NCBI GenBank assembly: GCA_034331105.1 | Contig: JAXQGB010000006.1 | Location: 40,034-104,033 of the forward strand | Length of the DNA: 64,000 nt | DNA from: Synergistota bacterium | GTDB lineage: Bacteria; Synergistota; Synergistia; Synergistales; Synergistaceae | Direction: 5' to 3' | Shown here: in pieces, positions 1-9,080 of the stretch | How the letters are laid out: each line of letters opens with the position of its first letter | Position numbering within the stretch: the stretch's first letter is position 1 | Made by a program: the position numbers and the translations under genes | Notes under the pieces: generated by a model | What the model was told of the DNA's origin: nothing | The model's database searches: none | The model's input: the letters and a program-made list of their open reading frames with translations, nothing else

Positions 1-261
1 CTTGCCGAAGGGATAGCTATAGGTCGTCCTGCACGCGGAGAGGAGATACTTGAGTACATTTACAGGCATGATGTCAGGCTTATAAGGGCCCCTGAAGATA
101 AAATACTTGACGCAAGATCCGTATTGGCAGAAAAGGGCATCTACTGTGAACACACGACTGCCGCAAATTACGCCGCATACCTTAAATACTGCGAGGTGCA
201 CGGAAAAACGCCCGACAGCCTGCTTACGATGTGCGGGGCGGGACTCAAATCAGATCACTGA
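1..261 (+). CDS. C-terminal fragment of a threonine synthase-like PLP (fold type II) enzyme; 5' end lies outside the window
   Basis: Frame 1 is open from base 1 to TGA at 259-261. The translation ends ...AEGIAIGRPARGEEIL...TMCGAGLKSDH, which resembles ThrC-type C-termini (IG.P ... TG.GLK). Confidence 0.45.
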   Translation, partial: LAEGIAIGRPARGEEILEYIYRHDVRLIRAPEDKILDARSVLAEKGIYCEHTTAANYAAYLKYCEVHGKTPDSLLTMCGAGLKSDH

Positions 262-310
262 AAAAAAGGTCCTCCTGCCGAATGTTTCTGCAGCGCCAGA
301 CAGGAGGACC
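262..310 (-). terminator. Hairpin between convergent genes; the U-run falls on the minus-strand transcript
   Basis: Perfect 10-bp stem GGTCCTCCTG (268-277) / CAGGAGGACC (301-310). It is preceded by an A-run on the plus strand, which reads as a T-run after the hairpin on the minus strand. Confidence 0.5.
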
Positions 311-328
311 ACATTCATATAGCACCGA

Positions 329-1435
329 TCACTTAATTTTCCTTATAAGAGGCTGGGTGGCACACCTCAGCGAGCCTCCCTGCCCGTTGTGGGTCCCGAA
401 AAATACCCTGTGGACTTTGATATCCCTCTTCTCGAGCTCGGACTGCAGAAACCTGTTGTCGTTGTGCTCATTATAGGAGATGATGTAATTTTTGCTGTCG
501 ACCGGTATCCCATTTACTGCAAGCCTCTGAACGCTTTCAATGCTTACCTTGATCAGGTCCCATCCTTTTATATAGTCGGGCAGTCCGTCAACAAAAGCCT
601 CTTCACAAACTATCGCGAGGCCATCGCGCGGAACAGAGAGGACGCAGTCAAGATGGAGGACGTCCTCCCTCAGGGGGATCCGCACAACATCATATGAGCT
701 TCCCAGTATGTTTTTAAGCCATCTGAAGCCCGCTTCGTTTGATCCGACGCTTGGATTCCTGGTGTTGCCGACAAGGATAGTCCTGCCCAATACAACAACG
801 TCTCCGCCTTCCAGAAGCGGAGTATCAGGGGTGGGAGGGGCGAGCAATTCCGTGTGAGGCATTGAGAACCATCTGACATCACCCTTTGTGCATTTGTCCG
901 TCAGAACTTCTTTGAACCCGGATATGTCGACTTTTCTGAGCGGTGTCCGAAGATTGAGCTCTATCAGGTTGTTTCCTATCACGGCGATGTTATCTCTGGG
1001 AAAATCCTGGCTGAAGCCGTTAAGCAGGACGTCGGAGCCATAATTTTTCTTTATGAAATCAACAGTAATCTCTTTGGGACGAAACACTTTGACTCCAAGG
1101 GAATTTAAGATGTTGATCAGTGCAAGGTTCTCTTCTTCGAGCATTTCTGTCTCGTTTTTGCCTGTTTTGGGATCGATCATATCAGTCCACAGCATCCCTG
1201 CGGTCTTCCTGGCATACTCTGCTTCGTCCCGCGGCAATACTTTCATGGCGTTTTCGAACCATGGCGCACTGAGTGATGGGGACATCCCGTATGGAAGGCC
1301 GACGATCACTTCCTTGAGGTCTCCGTACTCATAGTCGACATAGACAGATTGTCCGGATGCTTCCGCTGTTAAAAGATCAAATGACCAACAGAAGCAGATA
1401 ATGACCGGAAACAGTATCAATGATGCTATTTTCAT
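329..1435 (-). CDS. Exported amidinotransferase-fold (guanidino-group modifying) enzyme
   Basis: C-terminal GGSLRCATQPL (catalytic Cys context), FPRDN and LEGGDV motifs. N-terminal hydrophobic signal MKIASLILFPVIICFCW...AEA. Start moved to the ATG at 1435, which lies 7 nt after GGAGGG; the ORF-track start at 1450 is a TTG. Confidence 0.6.
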   Translation of the reverse strand: MKIASLILFPVIICFCWSFDLLTAEASGQSVYVDYEYGDLKEVIVGLPYGMSPSLSAPWFENAMKVLPRDEAEYARKTAGMLWTDMIDPKTGKNETEMLEEENLALINILNSLGVKVFRPKEITVDFIKKNYGSDVLLNGFSQDFPRDNIAVIGNNLIELNLRTPLRKVDISGFKEVLTDKCTKGDVRWFSMPHTELLAPPTPDTPLLEGGDVVVLGRTILVGNTRNPSVGSNEAGFRWLKNILGSSYDVVRIPLREDVLHLDCVLSVPRDGLAIVCEEAFVDGLPDYIKGWDLIKVSIESVQRLAVNGIPVDSKNYIISYNEHNDNRFLQSELEKRDIKVHRVFFGTHNGQGGSLRCATQPLIRKIK

Positions 1436-1709
1436 AAGCGATCCCTCCAAGATATGGACAGTTGTTAATTACCTTTCAAAACTATAAAGGATTTGCTGCA
1501 CGGAAGTTTCAAGGTACGAGAGAACATTTGCCTCAATTATTTAAATGTAAGTATAGATCGAAACAGGGATGATGGCATAGCAAAATCTTTCAAACTTTGA
1601 AAAATATGATCGATCAGGTAATAAGAAGCATAGTGATCCGCGAAAAATAGCGGTGATATAATGGACAGGAATCAAGCCCGACCGACAGGGCAACGCCTTT
1701 TCGCAGAGA

Positions 1710-2222
1710 GTGGAATGGATGGACAGATTTTCAGATCTCTTCTCATATGATAAAACATCAAACAGGGACAGGGCGGAGGATGTTTCTCCCTTCAGTGTCG
1801 TTTTTGAAAAAAGAGCTATCGCTCAAACGATCCTTATTACCGTATTTACATTATTAATGCTGACTGCGGTCGCCCTTGTTTGGCCATGGGATGACCTTCC
1901 GCACCGAAGGCCGTTTGACATGGTTTTGAAGCTGATCATCTCCGGGCTGGCCGCAGCCGTGGCAGAGGAAATATTCTTCAGGGGCTGGATGCAGCCCACG
2001 CTGAGGAGGAGATATTCGGCGGCAGTTTCAATAGTGGCTGTAAACCTTGTCTTCGCGCCCCTGCACCTTATCGTTGCGCCCTATCTCATTTCGCTTCTCA
2101 CCTTCTTCCCGGGTCTGATAATGGGGTGGCTGCGTGAGAGATACGGAAATATACTTCCTTCAATTATTTTTCATTTTCTGGGAAACGTCTGGGCGATCTG
2201 GTTCTTTCCCTCGCCCTTTTAG
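1710..2222 (+). CDS. CPBP family intramembrane glutamic endopeptidase (CAAX protease-like)
   Basis: EEIFFRGW and FHFLGNVW motifs in a polytopic hydrophobic 170-aa protein. Confidence 0.75.
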   Translation: MEWMDRFSDLFSYDKTSNRDRAEDVSPFSVVFEKRAIAQTILITVFTLLMLTAVALVWPWDDLPHRRPFDMVLKLIISGLAAAVAEEIFFRGWMQPTLRRRYSAAVSIVAVNLVFAPLHLIVAPYLISLLTFFPGLIMGWLRERYGNILPSIIFHFLGNVWAIWFFPSPF

Positions 2223-2313
2223 ATATTGGAATTGAACGTTGAAGTGTAAAATGATGGTAATATATTAAGACAACACAGCAAAACTTTATTGCAAAGGGGA
2301 CAGGCAGATTCTA

Positions 2314-2751
2314 ATGAAAATTATAAAAATCTTCGGCAGAAGGCGCGGTTTCACCCTTATTGAAATAATGGTAGTAGTCGTGATAATCGGCCTCCTTTCA
2401 GCTCTTGTCGGTCCCAGACTGATCGGACAGAGTGAAGAGGCAAAGATAAAAACTACAAGGACCCAGATCGCACAGCTGGAGCAGGTTTTGGGCCTTTTCC
2501 ATCTGGACAACGGTTTTTACCCGACAACAGACCAGGGACTGTCTGCCCTTGTGAAACCGCCGAGCACTCCTCCCGAACCGCTGAATTACAAAAAGAACGG
2601 TTATATGAAAAAGGTCCCCAAAGACGCCTGGGGCAGAGAATTTATTTATGAGTCTCCCGGCCGGAACGGAGACTTCGACCTGTTTTCATACGGGGCGGAC
2701 GGCCAGGAAGGCGGAGAAGACTCTAACTCGGATATAACGAACTGGGAATAG
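2314..2751 (+). CDS. gspG: Type II secretion major pseudopilin GspG
   Basis: Leader MKIIKIFGRRRG followed by FTLIEIMVVVVIIGLL (Glu at +5). C-terminal PKDAWGREFIY...YGADGQEGG is typical of GspG. Confidence 0.9.
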   Translation: MKIIKIFGRRRGFTLIEIMVVVVIIGLLSALVGPRLIGQSEEAKIKTTRTQIAQLEQVLGLFHLDNGFYPTTDQGLSALVKPPSTPPEPLNYKKNGYMKKVPKDAWGREFIYESPGRNGDFDLFSYGADGQEGGEDSNSDITNWE

Positions 2752-2757
2752 CAAAAA

Positions 2758-2789
2758 GGCGCAGCCTGATCAGGCTGCGCCTGCTTTTA
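2758..2789 (+). terminator. Rho-independent terminator after gspG
   Basis: GGCGCAGCCTGATCAGGCTGCGCC forms a perfect palindromic stem (2758-2781), followed by TGCTTTTA. Confidence 0.7.
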
Positions 2790-2911
2790 TCTCATCTTTA
2801 GGTTTTGCATCAGGCTGCCGGTACAGCCTGATGCAGCGTACTGTTCACCCCTGTGATCATTTTGTGTTGCCTGAGTCAGTTTAAAGGGACGTACCATTTT
2901 CTGAAAGGGAC

Positions 2912-4192
2912 ATGACAAGGATGGAAAAGGCAGCCGCAATAATTAGAAAGCATAAGAAAGCGATAATGCTCTTTTCTTCATTCATCATAATGGCAGCCGC
3001 AGCGGTATCGTTGTCTGTGGCAGGTGAGCTGTGCCTTCATGAGCCAAGCAGGGCTTCAGGTGAAGATGTGATATCAATAGGCGGAAGGGACCTGCTTAAC
3101 ATGTCCAATCTTACCCCTCCCGAAAGGGAACTATACCGCACGCTCTCGAAAAACGGGGGCGTAATAACTGATAAGATGATCTCCTCCATGTCAGACAACA
3201 GGCATTGGGACGAATTCATTCTCAAAAAGGACGAATCTGTGGGATCCGCCGCTAAAAAATACCATATCACGGCAGAAGACCTTCTTCGGATAAACCGCAT
3301 TGACGCGGGAAAAAAGAGGGAGGGGGATATCGTGATCTATGTGCCAAGAGGAAGGGAGCACATGGATGAGACCTCCTTCTTCGTCAAAGAAATGAAAAGA
3401 AGGGAAGCAGAATTTTTAAGGCAGAAAAAACTGGTCTCTGTGACCGCATACATTGTAAAAGAGGGGGATACCCTCTGGTCGATCGCCGAAAGGTTTGATA
3501 TCAGCGCGGATACGATAATAGGTTCAAACAGCCCGCAAAAAATCAACAGCCTATTACCGGGCACAGTCTTGCGGATACCCGACCGGGAGGGTATCTTTGT
3601 CAAAGTCCCGGAGGGGGAAAGTGTCGAAAGGCTTTCATCTCTCTATGGCACGAGAAGAGATCAGATCTGCGCCGCTAACGGCATAGAAACCGGCTCTCCG
3701 CTCTCTTCTGCCAGAGAGGTCTTTTTGCCGGGTGCAAATTATGCCGCAGTTATACAGACAGAAAGTGGAATGGTTAAAATAGCATCAGGAAGAGAGTATC
3801 TGTTGCGAAATACCCTTATATGGCCGGTCAGAGGAAGAGTTTCGAGCATGTTTGGCTGGAGGGGGCTCTCTTACGCCTCAGCAGGCAGCTTCCACTCAGG
3901 TCTGGACATAATGGCTCCATATGGAAGAGCGATAGTATCAGCGATGGATGGCGTAGTTGCCTATTCAGGCTGGATGGGAGGGTACGGCAAAACTGTCGTT
4001 GTGGATCATACAGACGGGATCACGACCCTTTACGGACACTGCAGCGGCCTGGCAGTCCAAAAAGGCGATCCGGTCTATTCCGGTCAGTTGATATCCTATG
4101 TTGGGAGCACCGGAAGGTCGACCGGCAACCATCTTCACTTTGAGGTCAGAAAGAACAGTATTCCGGTCGATCCCCTGAGTGCTCTCAGATAA
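2912..4192 (+). CDS. LysM-repeat M23 family metallopeptidase (membrane-anchored)
   Basis: N-terminal TM segment and three LysM-like segments (e.g. YIVKEGDTLWSIAERFDISADTIIGSN). M23 core FHSGLDI...DGVVAYSGWMGGYGKTVVVDH...GSTGRSTGNHLHFEV. Confidence 0.9.
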   Translation: MTRMEKAAAIIRKHKKAIMLFSSFIIMAAAAVSLSVAGELCLHEPSRASGEDVISIGGRDLLNMSNLTPPERELYRTLSKNGGVITDKMISSMSDNRHWDEFILKKDESVGSAAKKYHITAEDLLRINRIDAGKKREGDIVIYVPRGREHMDETSFFVKEMKRREAEFLRQKKLVSVTAYIVKEGDTLWSIAERFDISADTIIGSNSPQKINSLLPGTVLRIPDREGIFVKVPEGESVERLSSLYGTRRDQICAANGIETGSPLSSAREVFLPGANYAAVIQTESGMVKIASGREYLLRNTLIWPVRGRVSSMFGWRGLSYASAGSFHSGLDIMAPYGRAIVSAMDGVVAYSGWMGGYGKTVVVDHTDGITTLYGHCSGLAVQKGDPVYSGQLISYVGSTGRSTGNHLHFEVRKNSIPVDPLSALR

Positions 4193-4196
4193 TTTT

Positions 4197-5372
4197 CTAT
4201 CCGGTAGCAAGTGTCGAAAGATCAAAAATAGGCAGAAGCACTGCTATCACCACGAACCCGACAAGAAAACCCATTACAAGTATTATCAGAGGTTCTGCAA
4301 GGGTAGCGTATTTTTGCATCGATGACTGAGCGATATCCCAGCAGTTGCTGCCCAGCCGGATAAGCCCGTCAGGAAGATCCCTCCCGTTTTCACTGACCCT
4401 TACCACAGAGACTATCTCCTCAGGGAAGGACCCCTCTTTTTCAAGCCCCTGAGAAAACCTGTAACCTTTTCTTATATGGTCCTGCACAATTTGAAGCCTT
4501 CCTTTGACAGGATCGAGAGGTTCTGTGAGTTTAAGGGCCTGAATAAGCGGCAGGCCGGCTTTCAGGAGCGTCCCGGTCTGTGAAAATATCATTGAGAATG
4601 CAATGTTTTCCTTTATCTCCCTGAATATCGGGATGGTAATGCTCCTGCCGCTTCTGCGGAGGAATATGAAAACTATCAAAAGGGCGATCAGGAATGGAAT
4701 AAAGGCCACCCTGACAGCATCAGAAATGAAGATCAGAAGACGGGTCACAAAGGGAAGTTCTGCTCCTGAATCAATTACCAGCGCTGTCAGCCTTGGCACA
4801 ACAAACGTAAGAAGGAAGACTACCACTGCCATTCCAACCACGAACATCAGGAGCGGATAGGTAAGCGAAGAACGAAGCTTCCTTCGGAGATGGACCTCGT
4901 TTTGTATCATTTCAGCAGCTTTTTCGAGAATGTCAGGAAGCGAGGCGGATCTTTCTCCTGATTCGACCATGCCGACCAGGCTCTCTCTGAAGACCCCTGC
5001 GGCACGCATTGAAGCCGCAAGTGAACGGCCACCTTCGACAGATTCCCTCAGTTCGGTGTAGACAGGCTTTAGGAGCTTGTTTCTGGTCTGTCTCTGGAGC
5101 AGCCTGAGAACTTCAGTTATCGAAAGTCCGCTTTTGATGTAGGAGGAAAGTGTTATGCAGAAGAGGTGCTGGTCTTCCAGGCTGATCTGCCTGGCCCTCT
5201 TCCTGTGTCCTGAGAAAAAATTGAGCTTTCTGCTGCTTTCTTCTTTTATGCTTACTACTGTCAGTCCATTTGATACGAGCTCGCTGAGCAGCTCATTCTC
5301 ATTCGCTGCTTCTTTGCGGAGCTCTTTTTGACGGCCGTCTGCCGTGTAAACGTCAGCTTTAAAAAGGGGCAA
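4197..5372 (-). CDS. gspF: Type II secretion inner-membrane platform protein GspF
   Basis: 391 aa with the duplicated GspF-type architecture and three hydrophobic segments. Lies immediately after gspE (3-nt gap). Confidence 0.9.
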   Translation of the reverse strand: MPLFKADVYTADGRQKELRKEAANENELLSELVSNGLTVVSIKEESSRKLNFFSGHRKRARQISLEDQHLFCITLSSYIKSGLSITEVLRLLQRQTRNKLLKPVYTELRESVEGGRSLAASMRAAGVFRESLVGMVESGERSASLPDILEKAAEMIQNEVHLRRKLRSSLTYPLLMFVVGMAVVVFLLTFVVPRLTALVIDSGAELPFVTRLLIFISDAVRVAFIPFLIALLIVFIFLRRSGRSITIPIFREIKENIAFSMIFSQTGTLLKAGLPLIQALKLTEPLDPVKGRLQIVQDHIRKGYRFSQGLEKEGSFPEEIVSVVRVSENGRDLPDGLIRLGSNCWDIAQSSMQKYATLAEPLIILVMGFLVGFVVIAVLLPIFDLSTLATG

Positions 5373-5375
5373 GTC

Positions 5376-6860
5376 TTACACCTCTCCGACTACCCGGAGC
5401 ATTTCTTCGGGGGTCGTCTCACCGTTTGCGACTGCCTTTATGCCCAGTTCGAGAAGGGTGTAGAAACCATTTTTTTGTGCCAGTCTGCGCAGTTCGGGAG
5501 AAGGGGCTTTTTCCGCTATGGCTGCCTGTATCTCCGGAGTGACGTCAAATTGCTCATAAAGTCCGAAACGTCCGATATAGCCTGTTCCCCTGCACTTTTC
5601 GCATCCTCTTCCCCGCCATGCCTTATCCATTCCTTGCTGAAGGATCACTCCCGAAGCGGGGACCTCCTCCCTGCAATGGGGGCAGATCCTCCTTACAAGT
5701 CTCTGAGCGACTACTCCCAGCAAAGAGCCTGAAACAAGGTACGGTTCGATCCCCATATCGATAAGCCTTGTTACTGCGCTGATCGAATCGTTAGTGTGGA
5801 GCGTTGAAAGCACCAGGTGTCCGGTAAGCGAAGACTGTATGCCTATGTGGGCAGTGTCAAAGTCGCGCATTTCTCCTATCATTATGATGTCGGGGTCCTG
5901 ACGCAGTATCGACCTGAGGGAAGAAGAAAATGTAAGCCCGGCCTTGTCGTTTACCTGGACCTGGCCGACGCCCGGAAGGTCGTACTCAATTGGGTCTTCA
6001 ACGGTTATGATGTTTACTTCGGGCCTTGCCAGCGCCTGGAGGATAGCATAAAGGCTCGTACTTTTGCCTGAACCGGTCGGTCCGGTGAAAAGTATCATGC
6101 CGTTTGGCCGCCTAATTAGTTCTTCCAGCCTTTTTCTCTCTTCAGGCTTCATGCCAAGCTCCTCAAGCGACAGCAGCCCTCTTGCCTTGTCCAGAAGCCT
6201 CATTACAAGCCTTTCGCCATGCTGTGTGGGGAGTGAGCTGACCCTTATGTCGACCATACGCTCTCCGAGGCTTATCCCGATCCTTCCGTCCTGAGGGACG
6301 AACCTCTCAGCTATATCAAGGTTTGCCATAACTTTGACCCTGCTTGTGACCGGCGCCTGATGTCCTTTGGAGAGGCTGTATTTGTCTAGAAGCACTCCGT
6401 CCACCCTGTATCGCACTGTGACCCTGTCTTCATAAGGCTCTATATGTATGTCTGTAGCCCGTTCTTTTAGTGACTCTACGATCAATCCGTTTACAAGCCT
6501 TATGACAGGGGCATCGACGGTATCGCTCATTACTTCCTGGCGGACCAGTTCCGAGAGGTCGTTTACTTCCTCTATTGAGCTGAGTGTATCCTGGACTATG
6601 CCGCTTTTTATGTCGTAAAGGCTCCTTATGAGATGCTGTATGTCAGATGCCGGATATATTTCAGTGTCGCAGGACATACCAGATTTGGATGCGATCAGCT
6701 GTGCTTCCGTGAAAGCTGAGAGGTCCGAAAGGGCGACTGACATGACCCCCTCAGATATGCTGAGAGGAACGATCCCTTTATCGCGAAGAGTATCAAGGCT
6801 CACCCCGGCAGGGATAAGCTCCAGGATCTCTTCAGGCGAGGGCATGGGCTTCAGCGTCAT
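5376..6860 (-). CDS. gspE: Type II secretion ATPase GspE
   Basis: Walker A GPTGSGKST, Walker B-like DPDIIMIGEMRD, His box TGHLVLSTLHTN, and tetracysteine CPHC...CEKC. Confidence 0.9.
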   Translation of the reverse strand: MTLKPMPSPEEILELIPAGVSLDTLRDKGIVPLSISEGVMSVALSDLSAFTEAQLIASKSGMSCDTEIYPASDIQHLIRSLYDIKSGIVQDTLSSIEEVNDLSELVRQEVMSDTVDAPVIRLVNGLIVESLKERATDIHIEPYEDRVTVRYRVDGVLLDKYSLSKGHQAPVTSRVKVMANLDIAERFVPQDGRIGISLGERMVDIRVSSLPTQHGERLVMRLLDKARGLLSLEELGMKPEERKRLEELIRRPNGMILFTGPTGSGKSTSLYAILQALARPEVNIITVEDPIEYDLPGVGQVQVNDKAGLTFSSSLRSILRQDPDIIMIGEMRDFDTAHIGIQSSLTGHLVLSTLHTNDSISAVTRLIDMGIEPYLVSGSLLGVVAQRLVRRICPHCREEVPASGVILQQGMDKAWRGRGCEKCRGTGYIGRFGLYEQFDVTPEIQAAIAEKAPSPELRRLAQKNGFYTLLELGIKAVANGETTPEEMLRVVGEV

Positions 6861-8947
6861 TTTCCCTTGTCTTTCTCTTTTGCTTCCATTTCTTTCACAA
6901 GCTCGTTGTATCTTACCTTCCAGTCGCTCTTCTTCTCTTCCTGCTTATCTCCGCTCAGGGTCTTGTTGGGGTCGAGCATATCCTTTGTTACGCCTTCGTT
7001 CTTGATCGATTTTTCGTAATCGTCCTGATTCTTCATCAGTGTTCCGATCTCAGCCTGGCTAAGCTGCTGTCCTTCGCTGATTATGCTGTGGGTCATCCTT
7101 GAAGCGGCCCTGGGATCTTCCAGTATGTAAGGAGTCAGGAATATCATGAGGTCGACCTTTTCCCTCTGCTTTTCGCTGGATTTAAATAGGTTTCCAATAA
7201 GGGGGATGTATGAGAAGAAAGGCACCCTGTGCTTGAGCACTTTTTCTGCCTCCCTTATGAGGCCTCCGATTATTATCGTGTCTCCGTTGGCAACAAGGAC
7301 GTTTGTCTTAACTTCGCGTTTGGATGTTACAGGGGTCGGCGATCCCATCGTGGTAAGAAGATCCTCCACCCTCTGTTCTATCTCAAGGGCGACCAGGTTT
7401 CCGCTCCTTACATGCGGGGTGACAGACAAAATGAGGCCTACATCCTTGTACTCGTATGTGTTCTGAACAGCTCTCGGGTTGCTCGTATCTGTCAGGGTCC
7501 CCTTCAGCTGCGGGATGACCTGGCCTACCTGGAGATGGCTTGGAAGATTGTCGGTGCACATAAGCCGGGGCATCGAGAGTACGTTTATAGCATCAAACTT
7601 GTTAAGCATCTTTACATAGGTGTATATGAGCGCTTTGCCGTCCGTGTTGGTCGTCGTGTAAGTGTTCCCTGTAACAGGATTGGTATATATTTCCTCCGTT
7701 GTGATCAGTTTGTCGTAAAGGTCGATTATCTGGCCCGGGACCGAGGCGCTGCCCATCTGTATGTTTCCGGCGACCACCGCGTCACCGGCTATTCCGCCTC
7801 CCCAGGCTGCCCAGTCTATGCCGGCGCTGTTGAGTTTGTTAAGGTTGACTTCTGCTATCAGGCCGCGCAGCAGCACCTGCTTTGGCTGGATATCAAGCTG
7901 GACCAGTATCTCCTTGAGCGAGCCAAACTGTTCATGTGAGGCTGTGAAAACAAGACTGTTTGTAGGAAGGTCCGGGACCACCGAGGAAGGTATCGCTCCT
8001 TTGGGGTCGGGAGAAAGTTTGGCTGCTGTCGCGAGGATGCTGTTCATCTGTTCAGCGACGACTTTTGCATCTGCGTTCTGTAGGCGGTAGACATGGAAGC
8101 TTTCAGCTCGGGAAGGTACGTCCAGTATTTTTAGGATCCTTTCCGACTCCAGAAGGGCCTGGCTGCTTCCAATGAGGACGACACGCCTTGTCCTCTCGTC
8201 ACCCACCGCAAGAATGCCCGAAAGTCTGGATGAGGTGTCTTTGGACATAACATTCAGCTGAGATTCCACGACCTTTGGATTGGCATGTGTCAGGGTGAAT
8301 GCCTTTATGCTCCTTACGCTGTCCTGGGAGTCAAGAGCCCTTATCACGCTTACGGAACGGTTCAGGGCCGAGGCCTTGCCGGTAAGCAGTATCGCGTTTC
8401 CATTTTCAAGTGGTGTGACATTTATATCCGGTACAGCGGATCTGAGCGGTTCCGTGATGTAACCCGCCTTTACATGACGAAGTGGAACGACCTGGACAGT
8501 CAGGGCTTCACCGGGAGCTATGCTGCGGTCGCCCTTGAAAACGGTGTTGTTCAATGTCGGCCCAGAGCTGGCAGGCAATACCTTTGAATACCCGCCCATG
8601 TTCTGTATTGAGAGATTGTTCATCTCAAGCACGGAGAGCATTACTTCCCTTGCCTCTCTTAACGAGATAGTCTTTGGCGAGACGATAGAGACCTTACCTC
8701 CGACAGCGGGGTCCACGACGATATTTTCATTCAGGAGCTCCGACATGAATCTCAGGAACTTACTGATCTCAAGGTTGCTGAAGTTAAGCTGTACATTGTT
8801 TGACTGCCGCATCTGGCGGGCTGCCGCAGCAAGGTTTTGTTCCTCGTCAGTATTTTCCTGAGTCTGGGCATATGTGCATCCGGCAGATGAAGAGAAGATA
8901 AAGAAAAGTATAAAGATGAATGATAATAATCTGGTTTTTTTGAACAT
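6857..8947 (-). CDS. gspD: Secretin GspD
   Basis: 696 aa with a signal peptide, repeated secretin-N style domains and the C-terminal secretin core (...VPFFSYIPLIGNLFKSSEKQREKVDLMIFLTPYIL). ATGA overlap with gspE. Confidence 0.9.
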   Translation of the reverse strand: MFKKTRLLSFIFILFFIFSSSAGCTYAQTQENTDEEQNLAAAARQMRQSNNVQLNFSNLEISKFLRFMSELLNENIVVDPAVGGKVSIVSPKTISLREAREVMLSVLEMNNLSIQNMGGYSKVLPASSGPTLNNTVFKGDRSIAPGEALTVQVVPLRHVKAGYITEPLRSAVPDINVTPLENGNAILLTGKASALNRSVSVIRALDSQDSVRSIKAFTLTHANPKVVESQLNVMSKDTSSRLSGILAVGDERTRRVVLIGSSQALLESERILKILDVPSRAESFHVYRLQNADAKVVAEQMNSILATAAKLSPDPKGAIPSSVVPDLPTNSLVFTASHEQFGSLKEILVQLDIQPKQVLLRGLIAEVNLNKLNSAGIDWAAWGGGIAGDAVVAGNIQMGSASVPGQIIDLYDKLITTEEIYTNPVTGNTYTTTNTDGKALIYTYVKMLNKFDAINVLSMPRLMCTDNLPSHLQVGQVIPQLKGTLTDTSNPRAVQNTYEYKDVGLILSVTPHVRSGNLVALEIEQRVEDLLTTMGSPTPVTSKREVKTNVLVANGDTIIIGGLIREAEKVLKHRVPFFSYIPLIGNLFKSSEKQREKVDLMIFLTPYILEDPRAASRMTHSIISEGQQLSQAEIGTLMKNQDDYEKSIKNEGVTKDMLDPNKTLSGDKQEEKKSDWKVRYNELVKEMEAKEKDKGK

Positions 8948-9029
8948 GTCAGATCTCTCCCCGGTTGCTAGTATTTATCTCTGGATAGATGCTGTGATTT
9001 TTATGTTCTTCCGATTTCGTCTTCCTTTT

Positions 9030-9058
9030 TTTATAAACTTCCAGTAAAGGCTGTCCAA
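9030..9058 (-). promoter_or_regulatory. Candidate internal sigma70-type promoter ahead of gspD
   Basis: On the minus strand: TTGGAC, a 17-nt spacer, then TATAAA. It sits in the only sizeable gap (133 nt) inside the operon. Confidence 0.3.
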
Positions 9059-9080
9059 TAGAGGCGATAATGATACCCTA

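Noticed and set aside
7229-7939. 236-aa plus-strand ORF (and several other 100-aa ORFs) inside the secretin gene
   Set aside because: It is fully antisense to a strongly supported gspD reading frame. It has no RBS, and the translation is low-complexity and Arg/Leu/Cys-rich, as is typical of antisense frames.
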